Made by a program: the position numbers and the translations under genes. A stretch of 64,000 bases of DNA, from assembly GCA_001821295.1 (NCBI GenBank), contig MHSK01000006.1, forward strand, positions 11,801 through 75,800, in the 5' to 3' direction. Under the pieces are notes generated by a model that ran no database searches, was not told the DNA's origin, and saw only the letters and a list, made by a program, of their open reading frames with translations. The first letter of the stretch is position 1; the number at the start of each line of letters is the position of its first letter. Origin of the DNA: Candidatus Taylorbacteria bacterium RIFCSPLOWO2_12_FULL_43_20 (lineage in GTDB: Bacteria > Patescibacteriota > Minisyncoccia > Phycocordibacterales > HO2-43-120). Below are positions 8,635-18,268 of the stretch, in pieces.

Positions 8635-9905
8635 TACTTGATGATTTTTCTCATCTTTCGGTGATATTTGATGGCAAAACGATGCGCCTCACTGTTGACT
8701 ATTAAAATCTCTTTCTTAAAATTTCGAGCCAGATTTTCATTGCCAAGTATTTTTAACGGCTTATGCCTGTCATTTTTGACGACGGAAAACACCTCGGCGT
8801 TAATCCCTTTATTTTTTATAACGCGTAAAGCGGTATTTCTTTGCGCCACCCCTCCGTCCACCACGACAACATCCGGGAAAGGCCATTCGTTGTGGCCGAA
8901 TCGCCTCAGAAGCGTCTCCTCTAGCGCCGCGGTGTCATCGGGGCCTTTTTGACGGCGTATCTTGAACAGCCGGTAATCCGATTTTTTTACATGCTTATCC
9001 TCCATGACTACCATTACCCCTCCCATGTCGCGTCCGGCCATGTGAGCCACGTCATATCCTTCCATCCTAAATATCCGAGTATCCTTTCTTTCTTGCCTCT
9101 GGCCGGCGCCAGCTAGATCGTCATCATGCTTGATCAAAGAAATATCCTGAACGTGCTCCAGAGCAAAAATTGTCCTTTTGACACTCTCCGCTTTTTCAAA
9201 TTCCTGATTTTTTGCGTAATTTCGCATATCTTGGCAAAGTGAGCGTAACAATATGTTTTTTTTGCCTTCAAAAAATAATCTAATATTTCTGATAATTTTA
9301 GCATAGTCGCGCTTGTTTATTTCTCCCGTGCAAACTCCAGGGCACAGGCCGATCTGCCTGTTGAAACAAGGCCGGCTACTCTTGGAATACGTTCCCGACT
9401 TTTCGCTTACCGGCACGCATTTATCCCTGAAAGTAAATATTTTTCTTATAATTCTCATGCCTTCTCTGAGCACGGCGCCTTGCGTATAAGGTCCGAAAAT
9501 GTGTTTGATTTTATAACCGGGATTGCCGCTTTCAAGATCTTTGCCGCGTACGGTAAGAATCCTAGGGAAATCCTCGTCAGTAAACGCGACATACGAGAAG
9601 CTCTTATCGTCTTTGTCGGCTGTATTCGCATTTGGATAATATTTTTTTATCAGATTTGATTCCAGTATGACGGCCTCCAGAACAGAATCTGTCTGAATAT
9701 GTTCGACTCTGTCGGCCTCTTCAACCATACGCGCCACAATCGGCCCGCGAGTAATAGCGAGATCGTTTGAAAAATAACTGGAAACTCGGTCCATTAGAGA
9801 AGTTGCTCTGCCGATATAAAGAACATCGTCCCCTTTTTTGAAGAAGTAAATTCCCGGCGCGTCGGGAAGATCTTTTTTATTGAAATTTTTCATGATAGTC
9901 AGCAT
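8634..9905 (-). CDS. uvrC: Excinuclease ABC subunit C, short form (GIY-YIG plus RNase-H-like endonuclease domain; no C-terminal HhH)
   Basis: GIYFFKKGDDVLYIGRATSLMDRVSSYF (GIY-YIG) and MEGYDVAHMAG motifs. 423 aa versus about 600 for canonical UvrC. Confidence 0.8.
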   Translation of the reverse strand: MLTIMKNFNKKDLPDAPGIYFFKKGDDVLYIGRATSLMDRVSSYFSNDLAITRGPIVARMVEEADRVEHIQTDSVLEAVILESNLIKKYYPNANTADKDDKSFSYVAFTDEDFPRILTVRGKDLESGNPGYKIKHIFGPYTQGAVLREGMRIIRKIFTFRDKCVPVSEKSGTYSKSSRPCFNRQIGLCPGVCTGEINKRDYAKIIRNIRLFFEGKKNILLRSLCQDMRNYAKNQEFEKAESVKRTIFALEHVQDISLIKHDDDLAGAGQRQERKDTRIFRMEGYDVAHMAGRDMGGVMVVMEDKHVKKSDYRLFKIRRQKGPDDTAALEETLLRRFGHNEWPFPDVVVVDGGVAQRNTALRVIKNKGINAEVFSVVKNDRHKPLKILGNENLARNFKKEILIVNSEAHRFAIKYHRKMRKIIK

Positions 9906-9941
9906 ATATTAACTCATATCCTCCGTCTCATCAAAACATCC

Positions 9942-9972
9942 AAGAATGTCAACACTTAGTGTTGACATTCTT
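9942..9972. promoter_or_regulatory. Palindrome F copy 3 (arms extend to 18 nt) 37-67 bp upstream of the uvrC start
   Basis: atccaagaatgtcaacac-tta-gtgttgacattcttggat. A candidate -35/-10 pair TTGATG-17-TAATAT lies between it and the start codon on the minus strand. Confidence 0.6.
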
Positions 9973-10027
9973 GGATATAAAAAAACGGATGACCATGTAA
10001 TATGGCATCCGCTTCAATCAACTTAAA

Positions 10028-10360
10028 GAACAAAATTTGTTGCGGTGGAGTACCCGTCCAAGGAGGGGGGCTTATTTTGGACTGGTGGGATACTCCACCG
10101 CTTGGCCTGAATGTTCAGTACAGGCCATAAGCCGAGGGGGGGGGACTGGACCCCTCGGAAATTGACGGTGAAGCGCCTTGTCAGAATGGTCACCTAGACA
10201 GAGCCGAGGAGGCGCTTCACCGCTTTTGGAGGGGTTGCCTCCAAACCACGAAAAGGTGGGAATTTTCGTGGAAAGCGCGGCAGGAACGTCGGATGACTCA
10301 TCGCGAAACGTGTACCAACGCCCCGCCGGTTTGGCTTCCGTGAACTCTCAAAACACGGGA
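10028..10360. other. GC-rich, highly structured non-coding segment (candidate structured ncRNA of unknown class)
   Basis: Local GC is clearly above its surroundings. Multiple nested perfect stems are present: gcggtggagta...tactccaccgc, ggcctgaatgttcagtacaggcc, ccgagggg...cccctcgg, ggtgaagcgcc...ggcgcttcacc, ttggagg-ggttgc-cctccaa, ccacgaaaa...ttttcgtgg. Only a non-protein-like 124-aa ORF overlaps it. Confidence 0.45.
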
Positions 10361-10557
10361 ACCAAAATCAAAACCTTATATATATTATACGGGCATTTGG
10401 ATTTGTCAATAGATGGACTAGTAACATCTCACACCCTGGTGGCTGTCATTTCCGCGCTGTGCCTTGTCGTAGCCTTGTGCGAAGACAGGAAGGCGAGAGT
10501 CCGGCAAGTATTTTGTTTTCTAGCTAAATTCTGCTTCTCTATCAACTATTGACTATT

Positions 10558-13236
10558 TCATTTCAGTGCCCGTCTCAGATATTCGGCCGTATGACTCGTC
10601 TTTGTAGCAACCTCTTCCGGCAGTCCCTTAGCCACTATTTTCCCTCCGCTTTCTCCCCCGTCAGGGCCAATATCAATAATGTAGTCGGCATTTTTGACGA
10701 TATCTATATTATGCTCTATGACCAATACGGTATTTCCCCTGTCCACCAGCTTGTGTAAAATCTCTATGAGCTTTTTCACATCTTCATAGTGCAGTCCTAT
10801 TGACGGTTCATCCAACAGATATATTGTTTTCTCCACATGGGGCCTGTATAGCTCGGAAGAAATTTTCACCCTTTGGGCCTCACCTCCGGATAACGTAGTG
10901 GCAGACTGGCCGAGCTCCAGATATCCCAAGCCGACATCATTGAGAGTCTTCATCCGATCATATATAGCCGGTATGTCTTCAAAAAAATCTAACGCTTCTT
11001 CAACGGTCATTTTGAGCACGTCATAAATATTTTTTTTCTTATATTTTACTTCAAGAGTTTCCTTCATAAATCTTTTTCCTCCGCAAATATCACACGGCAC
11101 GTAAACGGTCGGGAGAAAATGCATTTCAACAGCGATTTCGCCATTACCCTGGCACGCCTCACATCTCCCGCCTTTGATGTTAAAAGAAAACCGATTGGCC
11201 CTCCATCCGCGAATTCTCGCTTCTTCACTGGACGCGAAAAGATCCCTTATATGGCCAAACGCGCCTGTGTATGTGGCCGGGTTGGATCTCGGCGTACGGC
11301 CTATCGGAGCTTGATCAATGAGCACTGCCCTTCCCAAATATTCCGTACCAGAAAAAGAGGAGCAATTGAAAATCTCATTGGATCTGTATTTCCGGAGTAG
11401 CCGCGCCTGAAGATTCTTATATACTATCTCGTACATGAATGACGACTTGCCTGAGCCAGAAACACCGGTAATGATTACCAGTTTGCCGAGAGGAATATCC
11501 ACGTCCATTTTTTTTATGTTAAATATGTTTGCGTTGCGTATCATTATCTTGCCCGCCTCAGACGTTCTTCTCAAGGTGGGAACGCCGACACTTTCCTCCC
11601 CTCTCAAATATTTAAGAGTCAAAGATTCCTTTTCGGATGACTTATTTTTTTCTTTACGCGAACCATTATTCTCAAGCAAATCCTCCAAATATCCACTCGC
11701 TACTATCTTTCCGCCATGAACTCCCGCTCCGGGCCCGATATCCACCAAATAATCGGAAGAAAAAATAGTGTCTTCATCGTGTTCCACAACAATAATGGTA
11801 TTACCCAAATCCCTGAGTCGGAGTAAGGTCTTTATAAGCCGATCATTATCTTTTGGATGTAATCCTATAGTCGGTTCATCCAAAACATAAAGCGCGCCTA
11901 CAAGTCCGGAGCCGAGCTGGGATGCCAAGCGTATTCTCTGAGACTCGCCTCCGGACAATGTGTGCGCTCTACGATCCAACGATAAGTATTCAATACCCAC
12001 ATTAATCATGAATGTCAAACGAGATTCAATTTCCTTTATTATCACTTTTGATATATTTCTTTCTTTTTCCGATATCTTGAGTGATCCGAAAAAATCGCGA
12101 CAATCAGCGATGGACATATTGGTGGTTTCAACGATGTTTTTGCCTTGTATAACAACACCAAGAGCTTCATCTCTAAGCCGCGCCCCATGGCATCGAGGAC
12201 ATTTCTCATTTCCAAAGAAATGACGCGTACCTAGCCCGTTGCATTCCGAGCAGGCGCCGTATGGCGAATTGAATGAAAATAGTCTAGGTTCAATCTCGGG
12301 ATAGGAAAAGCCGTCATAAGGACACATGAATTTTGACGATATTAAATGCTCATCATACTTACCCGCGTCGGAACCATCCGAATGACCCGGTAGTTCCAGT
12401 TTGAGCAACCCGCCCGTCTCCGCCAGGGCGCGCTCTATCGCCTCGCTCAAACGTTCACGCCAATCCTCTTTAACCTCAGAGTTCTTCCGCTTATCGGAAG
12501 CTGTCTCAAACTCGCTTATAAAAAACTCATCAACCAGTACATCAATATCATGCTTTTTATTTTTTGATAAAATTATCTGCTCCCTCAGTTTTTTTCTCGA
12601 CCCGTCCACCTTTACCTCCGAGTAACCCTTGCCCAAAAGATCATAAAGAAGCTGATAATATTCCCCTTTTCGTCCCACCACGACAGGGGCATATATTCTG
12701 ATTTTTTCCGACTTAACGGGAACGCTCATTACTTTTTCGGACGGCAAAGTTCGCGTAACATGCTGGACTGTACGAACAATGGTATCCATGATTTCTTCGT
12801 GAGATAAACGCTTGATCTCCCTGCCGCATATCAAACAATGAGGATGTCCGACGCGCGCGAACAATATACGCAGATAATCATATATTTCGGTAATAGTCGC
12901 CACAGTTGATCGAGGATTGTTTGATCTTGACTTCTGATCAATAGAAATTGCCGGTGATAAACCCTCTATCTCATCCACGTCCGGCTTTTGCATGGTATTC
13001 AAAAACTGCCTCGCATATGCTGAAAGCGACTCCACGTAACGTCTCTGTCCTTCCGCGAATATCGTATCAAAAGCCAGGGAAGATTTTCCCGATCCGGACA
13101 AACCGGTAAAAACAATCATTTTATTTCTCGGCATCTCAACTGTAATATTTTTCAAATTATGGGTCCTGGCGCCACGCACAATAATCTTTTCCCCACTTTT
13201 GACTCCGCTATTTTTAATTTTTTCCTCCTTTTTCAT
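10558..13236 (-). CDS. uvrA: Excinuclease ABC subunit A
   Basis: 892 aa, tandem ABC ATPase domains (GLSGSGKSS Walker A twice), zinc-finger Cys clusters. Confidence 0.95.
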   Translation of the reverse strand: MKKEEKIKNSGVKSGEKIIVRGARTHNLKNITVEMPRNKMIVFTGLSGSGKSSLAFDTIFAEGQRRYVESLSAYARQFLNTMQKPDVDEIEGLSPAISIDQKSRSNNPRSTVATITEIYDYLRILFARVGHPHCLICGREIKRLSHEEIMDTIVRTVQHVTRTLPSEKVMSVPVKSEKIRIYAPVVVGRKGEYYQLLYDLLGKGYSEVKVDGSRKKLREQIILSKNKKHDIDVLVDEFFISEFETASDKRKNSEVKEDWRERLSEAIERALAETGGLLKLELPGHSDGSDAGKYDEHLISSKFMCPYDGFSYPEIEPRLFSFNSPYGACSECNGLGTRHFFGNEKCPRCHGARLRDEALGVVIQGKNIVETTNMSIADCRDFFGSLKISEKERNISKVIIKEIESRLTFMINVGIEYLSLDRRAHTLSGGESQRIRLASQLGSGLVGALYVLDEPTIGLHPKDNDRLIKTLLRLRDLGNTIIVVEHDEDTIFSSDYLVDIGPGAGVHGGKIVASGYLEDLLENNGSRKEKNKSSEKESLTLKYLRGEESVGVPTLRRTSEAGKIMIRNANIFNIKKMDVDIPLGKLVIITGVSGSGKSSFMYEIVYKNLQARLLRKYRSNEIFNCSSFSGTEYLGRAVLIDQAPIGRTPRSNPATYTGAFGHIRDLFASSEEARIRGWRANRFSFNIKGGRCEACQGNGEIAVEMHFLPTVYVPCDICGGKRFMKETLEVKYKKKNIYDVLKMTVEEALDFFEDIPAIYDRMKTLNDVGLGYLELGQSATTLSGGEAQRVKISSELYRPHVEKTIYLLDEPSIGLHYEDVKKLIEILHKLVDRGNTVLVIEHNIDIVKNADYIIDIGPDGGESGGKIVAKGLPEEVATKTSHTAEYLRRALK

Positions 13237-13691
13237 GTAAAAACAAAATTAGCCCCATGTATATTCATAGGGTGTGTATGGAATGATAGCAGACCTTCGG
13301 CCAGGCGTCCACAAGATTTCTAAATATCTTTTTTATGTGTCTTGCTGTATTTGGGGCCCTTTTTTTAATATATGGCATTATCCAGCTAGTGACATAGATG
13401 CCCCCAGCAATATATCTCAATAATTAAAATATCAGAGTCAGCTACTGTTCTAAAAATTATTTGTCCACAATATCAACGGTTGTGGCTATATTAATATTAA
13501 CTATTCTTGTTATCCCAATAGAAGAAATGATCACGCTCGCGGTAAAGGAAGAGAGGTCGAATGTTACAGCTTGGATTTCCTACCTATCAAACTTCACTTA
13601 GGATACAGCGGGCACGGCACGGACGGAATGACACCATGCAGAATTGTGAGCAGTTGCAAATCTTAGTCTTTTACACTTTGCTAAAAAGGAT

Positions 13692-15368
13692 CTAAACTTG
13701 CGTTTCTGGCTGAATGATTTCACTTTTCCAGACGCGCTTGCGCACAGTCTTCCAAATATCCATAATTTCCTGATTTTTCAGCATTTTAAGAACAATAATA
13801 CCCGACGCTATGCCCATCATGCCCGCCATAAATCCCTGAGCAAAAATTCCCAACAAAGTATTGACGTTAAATAGATTGTCAAAAACCTTCAAAGATAGGT
13901 AGGATATTCCGCCGATCGCTACGGATGCCGACAAACTGTCAAAAAAAGTCTTGCTAACCGCGTATCTCATGGACCGGAAATCTGTCTCAAAATATATCCA
14001 TAAGATGACAGCATTGATGATGGTGCCGACGGCAAAACCCAAAGGTAGCATAAGCACAATACTTCCTTGCAACCCACCCACCCTCATAACGGCATCAAAC
14101 GTCTCCTGAAAAGCGCCCGAAGCCGCATGGGCTTTGATCAAAAATATAGTGACCCCTACCGTAATTGCTGAGGAAACAAGATTAATAAATAGAGGCCTGA
14201 CAGTCTTCGAAGCGGAATAATATCCTCTGACCAAAATTAACGACACACTCTGAGCAATGGCGGACAAAGCGAATAACGCGAAAGCGGCAGCTGTCAATTT
14301 TGTATCAGACCAGCCAAATTCGCCAGAACCTAATATCGTGCGGACAATTTGAGCGCGCAACGTTATAAAAAGAGCGGTAACGGGCAAAGACCAAAAAATT
14401 ATATGCCGAACAGCGGAAATTATATGGCTCATGAATTTGTCTATTTCTCCGCTTCCGAAAAGCCGGCTTAGGGTAGGAAAAGCGGCCATTGAATAACTCA
14501 CGCCAATGATAGCCAGAGGAACAGACTGGAGGTTAAAGGCCAAATTGAAAATGGCAATGGACCCATCCTTCATTAGCGACGCAAAACCGAACAAAAAAAG
14601 CAAAGACAAATGAGTTGAAGAAAGCGCCACAGTTCTGGGAAATGAGAGCAAAACGACTCTCTTTATATCTCTGTAATTTATTGAAAAAGTAAATCTTGGG
14701 AACATGCCGTCTTTAAAAATAGCGGCAAACTGAAGAGCAAAGTGCAACGCCGCGCCGAGAATCACGCCGAATACCACCCCGCGAATGCCGTAAGTGGGAG
14801 CAAAAAAGACAATACCCGCTATAATTCCGAGATTATAAAGGAGCGGGCTTACGGCATAGACCAAAAATCTTTTGTACACTTGAATGATGCTGGCGAAAAA
14901 ATTGGACAGCCCCAAAAATATGGGCGATAAAAGTAAAATTCTGCTTAAAGACACAAGCTCGGCCACAAGTTCAGGCCGAGTAATACCCGGAAAAACCAAC
15001 TTAACGAGATAAGGCATGAGAAGAAACGCCAAAACACTGGACAAAACAATAAACCCGAAAAAAACGGTAAATATGCTATTGGTGAATCTTGCGCCTTTAT
15101 CATCCGTCTTGTCTATTTTCTCAATAAGAAAAGGTACAAGAACACTTACGGAAACAAGCGAACCAATAGTTATAAAGATGAAATCAGGAATACGGAATGC
15201 CGCGTAATATATATCCAAGCTCACTCCCGCGCCAAACTCATGAGCCAAAAGCCGATCCCTGACCAAAGCCAAGAGCTGTGAAGAAAAGGCGAAAAAAGCC
15301 AGAAGAAAAGCCGCTTCATGCAACCCATGAATTTCCCGATTTAGGAGTTTTAGTATCCGTCCAACCAT
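13692..15368 (-). CDS. murJ: Lipid II flippase MurJ/MviN family
   Basis: 558 aa polytopic membrane protein. N-terminal LALVRDRLLAHEFGAGVSLDIYYAAFRIPDFIF matches the MurJ signature region. Confidence 0.8.
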   Translation of the reverse strand: MVGRILKLLNREIHGLHEAAFLLAFFAFSSQLLALVRDRLLAHEFGAGVSLDIYYAAFRIPDFIFITIGSLVSVSVLVPFLIEKIDKTDDKGARFTNSIFTVFFGFIVLSSVLAFLLMPYLVKLVFPGITRPELVAELVSLSRILLLSPIFLGLSNFFASIIQVYKRFLVYAVSPLLYNLGIIAGIVFFAPTYGIRGVVFGVILGAALHFALQFAAIFKDGMFPRFTFSINYRDIKRVVLLSFPRTVALSSTHLSLLFLFGFASLMKDGSIAIFNLAFNLQSVPLAIIGVSYSMAAFPTLSRLFGSGEIDKFMSHIISAVRHIIFWSLPVTALFITLRAQIVRTILGSGEFGWSDTKLTAAAFALFALSAIAQSVSLILVRGYYSASKTVRPLFINLVSSAITVGVTIFLIKAHAASGAFQETFDAVMRVGGLQGSIVLMLPLGFAVGTIINAVILWIYFETDFRSMRYAVSKTFFDSLSASVAIGGISYLSLKVFDNLFNVNTLLGIFAQGFMAGMMGIASGIIVLKMLKNQEIMDIWKTVRKRVWKSEIIQPETQV

Positions 15369-15377
15369 TGTTATATC

Positions 15378-15525
15378 GTGAATTACGAAACTCTTTTCTC
15401 AGCAGGGCTTTTGCGGAACACGGGTATTTTTTTGGTAAAAAATCCCTATGCAGAGCCCGTCGGCTTGCGCAATGTTCCGCAAAAGCCCTGCCTTCGACGA
15501 GTTTCGTAATACAAGGTGTTATACG
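15378..15525. repeat. Repeat family D: inverted pair (15378-15423 and 15473-15525), gtgttccgcaaaagccctgc-N-gagtttcgtaatac
   Basis: Two arms of about 40 bp in opposite orientation separated by about 50 bp. More copies at 37187-37235 and 56288-56328. Confidence 0.75.
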
Positions 15526-15541
15526 GTCATACCGATAATAT

Positions 15542-17944
15542 TTAATTGTCTTTTACCGGAAGCTCATCCCTTTCCTCCGGCTTATCATCCACAGGCGGCT
15601 TCGCGTTTTCAAAAGGCGGATTACCCGATCGCAAATTGGAAAGAATGAGAGCGACCTCTTCATTATCCTGGTTATATTTCTCAATTTCTTCAAACTCATT
15701 TATGGCGGCGGCATTGTCTCCGAGGTTGTAATAGCTTAAGCCGAGGAAATAGCGAGCGTTGGAATACTGTTCATTTATCGCGACAGCTCTCTGCATTGCC
15801 TCCTTTGATCCTTCATAGTCTTTATCGGCATATTTCAAAAAGCCGATTTGGAAATAGACAACCGGATCAGTAGGGTTGTAAAAAGCCACCGCTTCCACCG
15901 CTTGGATGGCGCCCTTTATATTCTCCTGGCTTATTTCAATCTGTGAAAGCAAGTATATCGCCTCTGTATAATTATTTTTTAACGCAAGTGATTGATTGAT
16001 ATACTCCCTTGCTTTAGGAATGTTTTCGTTAGCCGCTTCCAATCTGGCCAACTGAAGCACTATTGCCGGACTATGCGGGTTTAATTTTTGAGCTTCAAAA
16101 TAAGCGGACTGGGCATGCGGATAAGCATCCTTATACCCCAGTGAAAGAAGGGAACCGTAGATAGATCCCAAAGCCAAATGGTTTTGATAATTTTTTTTAC
16201 CCATGGAAACCGCCATTTTCGCGCTTTCTATCGTATTGGGAAGAAGCGCTTCAAACCGCGCGCGTGAAGCTTCAGGAGTGGATTCGGGATTGTTGATCGC
16301 GGCATTCATGTTGTAGATATATAACTGAGTCAAAACGCGATAGTATTCGTCGCTTTCATGAATTTTTAGCGCCCTTAAAATATAACTCAGAGCGACAACC
16401 GCGTCATTGTTATCAGTGACAGACCTTATTCCTTTTTCCACATAATAGGCGCTGATAATTCTTTTCCCCGAAATATATCCCAACGTCACACATCCGGTAA
16501 TAAGCACAACAAGAAGTAAAACGGTTACGAAACTTCTCTTGGGGTCCGCGCTGTACACTATATTTTTTCGTTCAATCAAACCGGCCTCCAAAAGAGAAGC
16601 TATAAACACTCCCGTAAAAATGAAAGCCAGAGAATACAATACCGTTGAAGGAACATATATGACAAAATAAACCCACAGATACAAGGCGGAGAAAAAAGAA
16701 GTTAAAATCATGTATCTCAACAGTTTATCTTTGGAAGAAAGGTTAAAAATTGATTTGAATCCTAGCCAAAGAAATGTGGCAATAAAGAAAATCCACGCAA
16801 TAGCTCCGACAAGACCCGTATTGATGATAAATGTGGGAATAAGACCGTAGCCGAAATTAAAATCCGTATTCCAAAAAATAGTATTGTTGACCCCCTCCGG
16901 CTTATGTGCAAGCCATTGTTTAACATATCCGTTGGGACCCACACCGAATACAGGGTCTGATTTAACGGTATGGTTGGCAATTTCAAAAGTACTCGTCCAT
17001 GAAGGACGCACCTCAATTTGCGATATGTTGAATTTCCGAGCGATGGAGTCGTTGATCTTCGCGCCGGCAAATATGAAAATCAGCGAAATTATTAGTACAG
17101 CGATTGAAAAAACAGGAATAATTCTAGCAGGTAAGGCCGGCTCTCCAGTCGTATTTACTTCCGTGACAGGGTCTCCAAAAGGGCTTTTTCTAAACGCAAA
17201 GATATAAATGCTTAAAAGTAAAGAGAATAACCCCACAATAATCCAAACGGAGTAAAAGTTTACAACTGTCAAAAACATCAAAGACACGGCCAGCATAACA
17301 ATGCCGAGCCATTTGAATATTCTGTTCTGCTTGAATGCTTCAATAGTTAACAAGGAAACAATGGCGATTAATCCGAAAAATATGCCAAGTTCGTTCCATT
17401 TGCCCACCAGATTAGCTGTGGCGCTGTTAAAAATTCCAAACGAAAGAAACTCCGGACCGATTATCAAGCGTAATATATGAAACAGAGCAAGGACGAAAAA
17501 TGACGCGAATAAGGATAAATAAAACCAAAATAATCTTTTTTTACCTTTGAGCAGATAAGAAGCTATGACAAGCACTATAGTCATAATCAATATGGAAGTG
17601 AAAGTCCCTATCTCGGCTCCTCTTCCGATTATAGAGTTAGTTACCGATCCTGAAAAAAGAGAGCTTACGATAAATACCAATGGCAATATCACGACAGACA
17701 AAGAGATCAAATGCTTCGGATAAGAAATAGTGCCGCTTTTTAATATAGCCAAAATGAGAAATATAAAACCAAGTAACACCAAAGCCGTCAATATAACGCT
17801 CTTGCCATAGACTAGAGACATACCCGGAATGAAAAAAATCGGTAGAAAAAAAACAGTTCCTAAAAAAAACACCAGGGATATTTTTTCCAAAATTAATTCG
17901 CTTGCTTTTGGCTGTTCTACGGTTGCAAATTCTTCATTTATCAT
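15542..17944 (-). CDS. Large polytopic membrane protein with O-antigen-ligase-like (Wzy_C-like) core and C-terminal TPR repeats
   Basis: 800 aa, more than 10 predicted TM helices, C-terminal TPR-like repeats (…AIYLLSQIEISQEN…YFQIGFLKYADKDYEGSKEAMQRA…YFLGLSYYNLGDN…). Confidence 0.5.
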   Translation of the reverse strand: MINEEFATVEQPKASELILEKISLVFFLGTVFFLPIFFIPGMSLVYGKSVILTALVLLGFIFLILAILKSGTISYPKHLISLSVVILPLVFIVSSLFSGSVTNSIIGRGAEIGTFTSILIMTIVLVIASYLLKGKKRLFWFYLSLFASFFVLALFHILRLIIGPEFLSFGIFNSATANLVGKWNELGIFFGLIAIVSLLTIEAFKQNRIFKWLGIVMLAVSLMFLTVVNFYSVWIIVGLFSLLLSIYIFAFRKSPFGDPVTEVNTTGEPALPARIIPVFSIAVLIISLIFIFAGAKINDSIARKFNISQIEVRPSWTSTFEIANHTVKSDPVFGVGPNGYVKQWLAHKPEGVNNTIFWNTDFNFGYGLIPTFIINTGLVGAIAWIFFIATFLWLGFKSIFNLSSKDKLLRYMILTSFFSALYLWVYFVIYVPSTVLYSLAFIFTGVFIASLLEAGLIERKNIVYSADPKRSFVTVLLLVVLITGCVTLGYISGKRIISAYYVEKGIRSVTDNNDAVVALSYILRALKIHESDEYYRVLTQLYIYNMNAAINNPESTPEASRARFEALLPNTIESAKMAVSMGKKNYQNHLALGSIYGSLLSLGYKDAYPHAQSAYFEAQKLNPHSPAIVLQLARLEAANENIPKAREYINQSLALKNNYTEAIYLLSQIEISQENIKGAIQAVEAVAFYNPTDPVVYFQIGFLKYADKDYEGSKEAMQRAVAINEQYSNARYFLGLSYYNLGDNAAAINEFEEIEKYNQDNEEVALILSNLRSGNPPFENAKPPVDDKPEERDELPVKDN

Positions 17945-17987
17945 ATTGTGAGTGGCTTATTCTTATAATTACTAATTGCCATCCTTT

Positions 17988-18107
17988 ATGACTTACGCAG
18001 TCGGCGCATTTCTTCGTTGCAAGCTCCGTTTGCTCCCGCAATGTATGAGCATACATTCTGGTCGCAATCCTCGCTTGCGCCTCGAACTGCATCAAAATTC
18101 GTAAGTC
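17988..18107 (-). mobile_element. MITE-like element family B copy 2 (inverted orientation)
   Basis: Reverse complement of 2367-2486 with a few substitutions. One terminal repeat is degenerate (aaattcgtaagtcc). Confidence 0.7.
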
Positions 18108-18175
18108 CTATCGTTAATAAATACATTATATATAATTCACGGTTCTCGGTACAGCTATTTCATCTACATATACCA

Positions 18176-18255
18176 TGGGTTTTCATCAATCTGCAAGCCA
18201 TAAATTCACAACATGCTATAGTACATTTCAACTTGTAACGGCACTAGCCATTAGA
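18176..18255 (-). repeat. Inverted repeat G, left copy, immediately downstream of ackA
   Basis: Reverse complement matches 21800-21872 over about 68 bp with 3 mismatches (agtgccgttacaagttRaaatgtactatagcatgttgtgaatttatggcttgcagattKatgaaaa). Confidence 0.85.
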
Positions 18256-18268
18256 TAGTGGACGGGCT

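Noticed and set aside
8335-8664. Overlapping ORFs 8335..8664 (+) and 8349..8630 (-) between palindrome copies F1 and F2
   Set aside because: They are mutually exclusive antisense ORFs with no recognisable protein features. The segment is more likely non-coding and carries the stem-loop gccagatt…aatctggc.
10028-10360. Identification of the structured region as RNase P RNA, tmRNA, SRP RNA or 6S RNA
   Set aside because: I could not find the universally conserved P4 strands, the tmRNA T-arm/acceptor, or the SRP domain IV GGAAGCAGCC-type motif on either strand. Left as unassigned.
10178-10552. 124-aa plus-strand ORF in the uvrA-uvrC spacer
   Set aside because: It overlaps the GC-rich, stem-dense region. 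Its amino-acid composition is biased (Gly/Ser/Arg-rich N-terminal half) with no domain. More likely it is a non-coding structured region.
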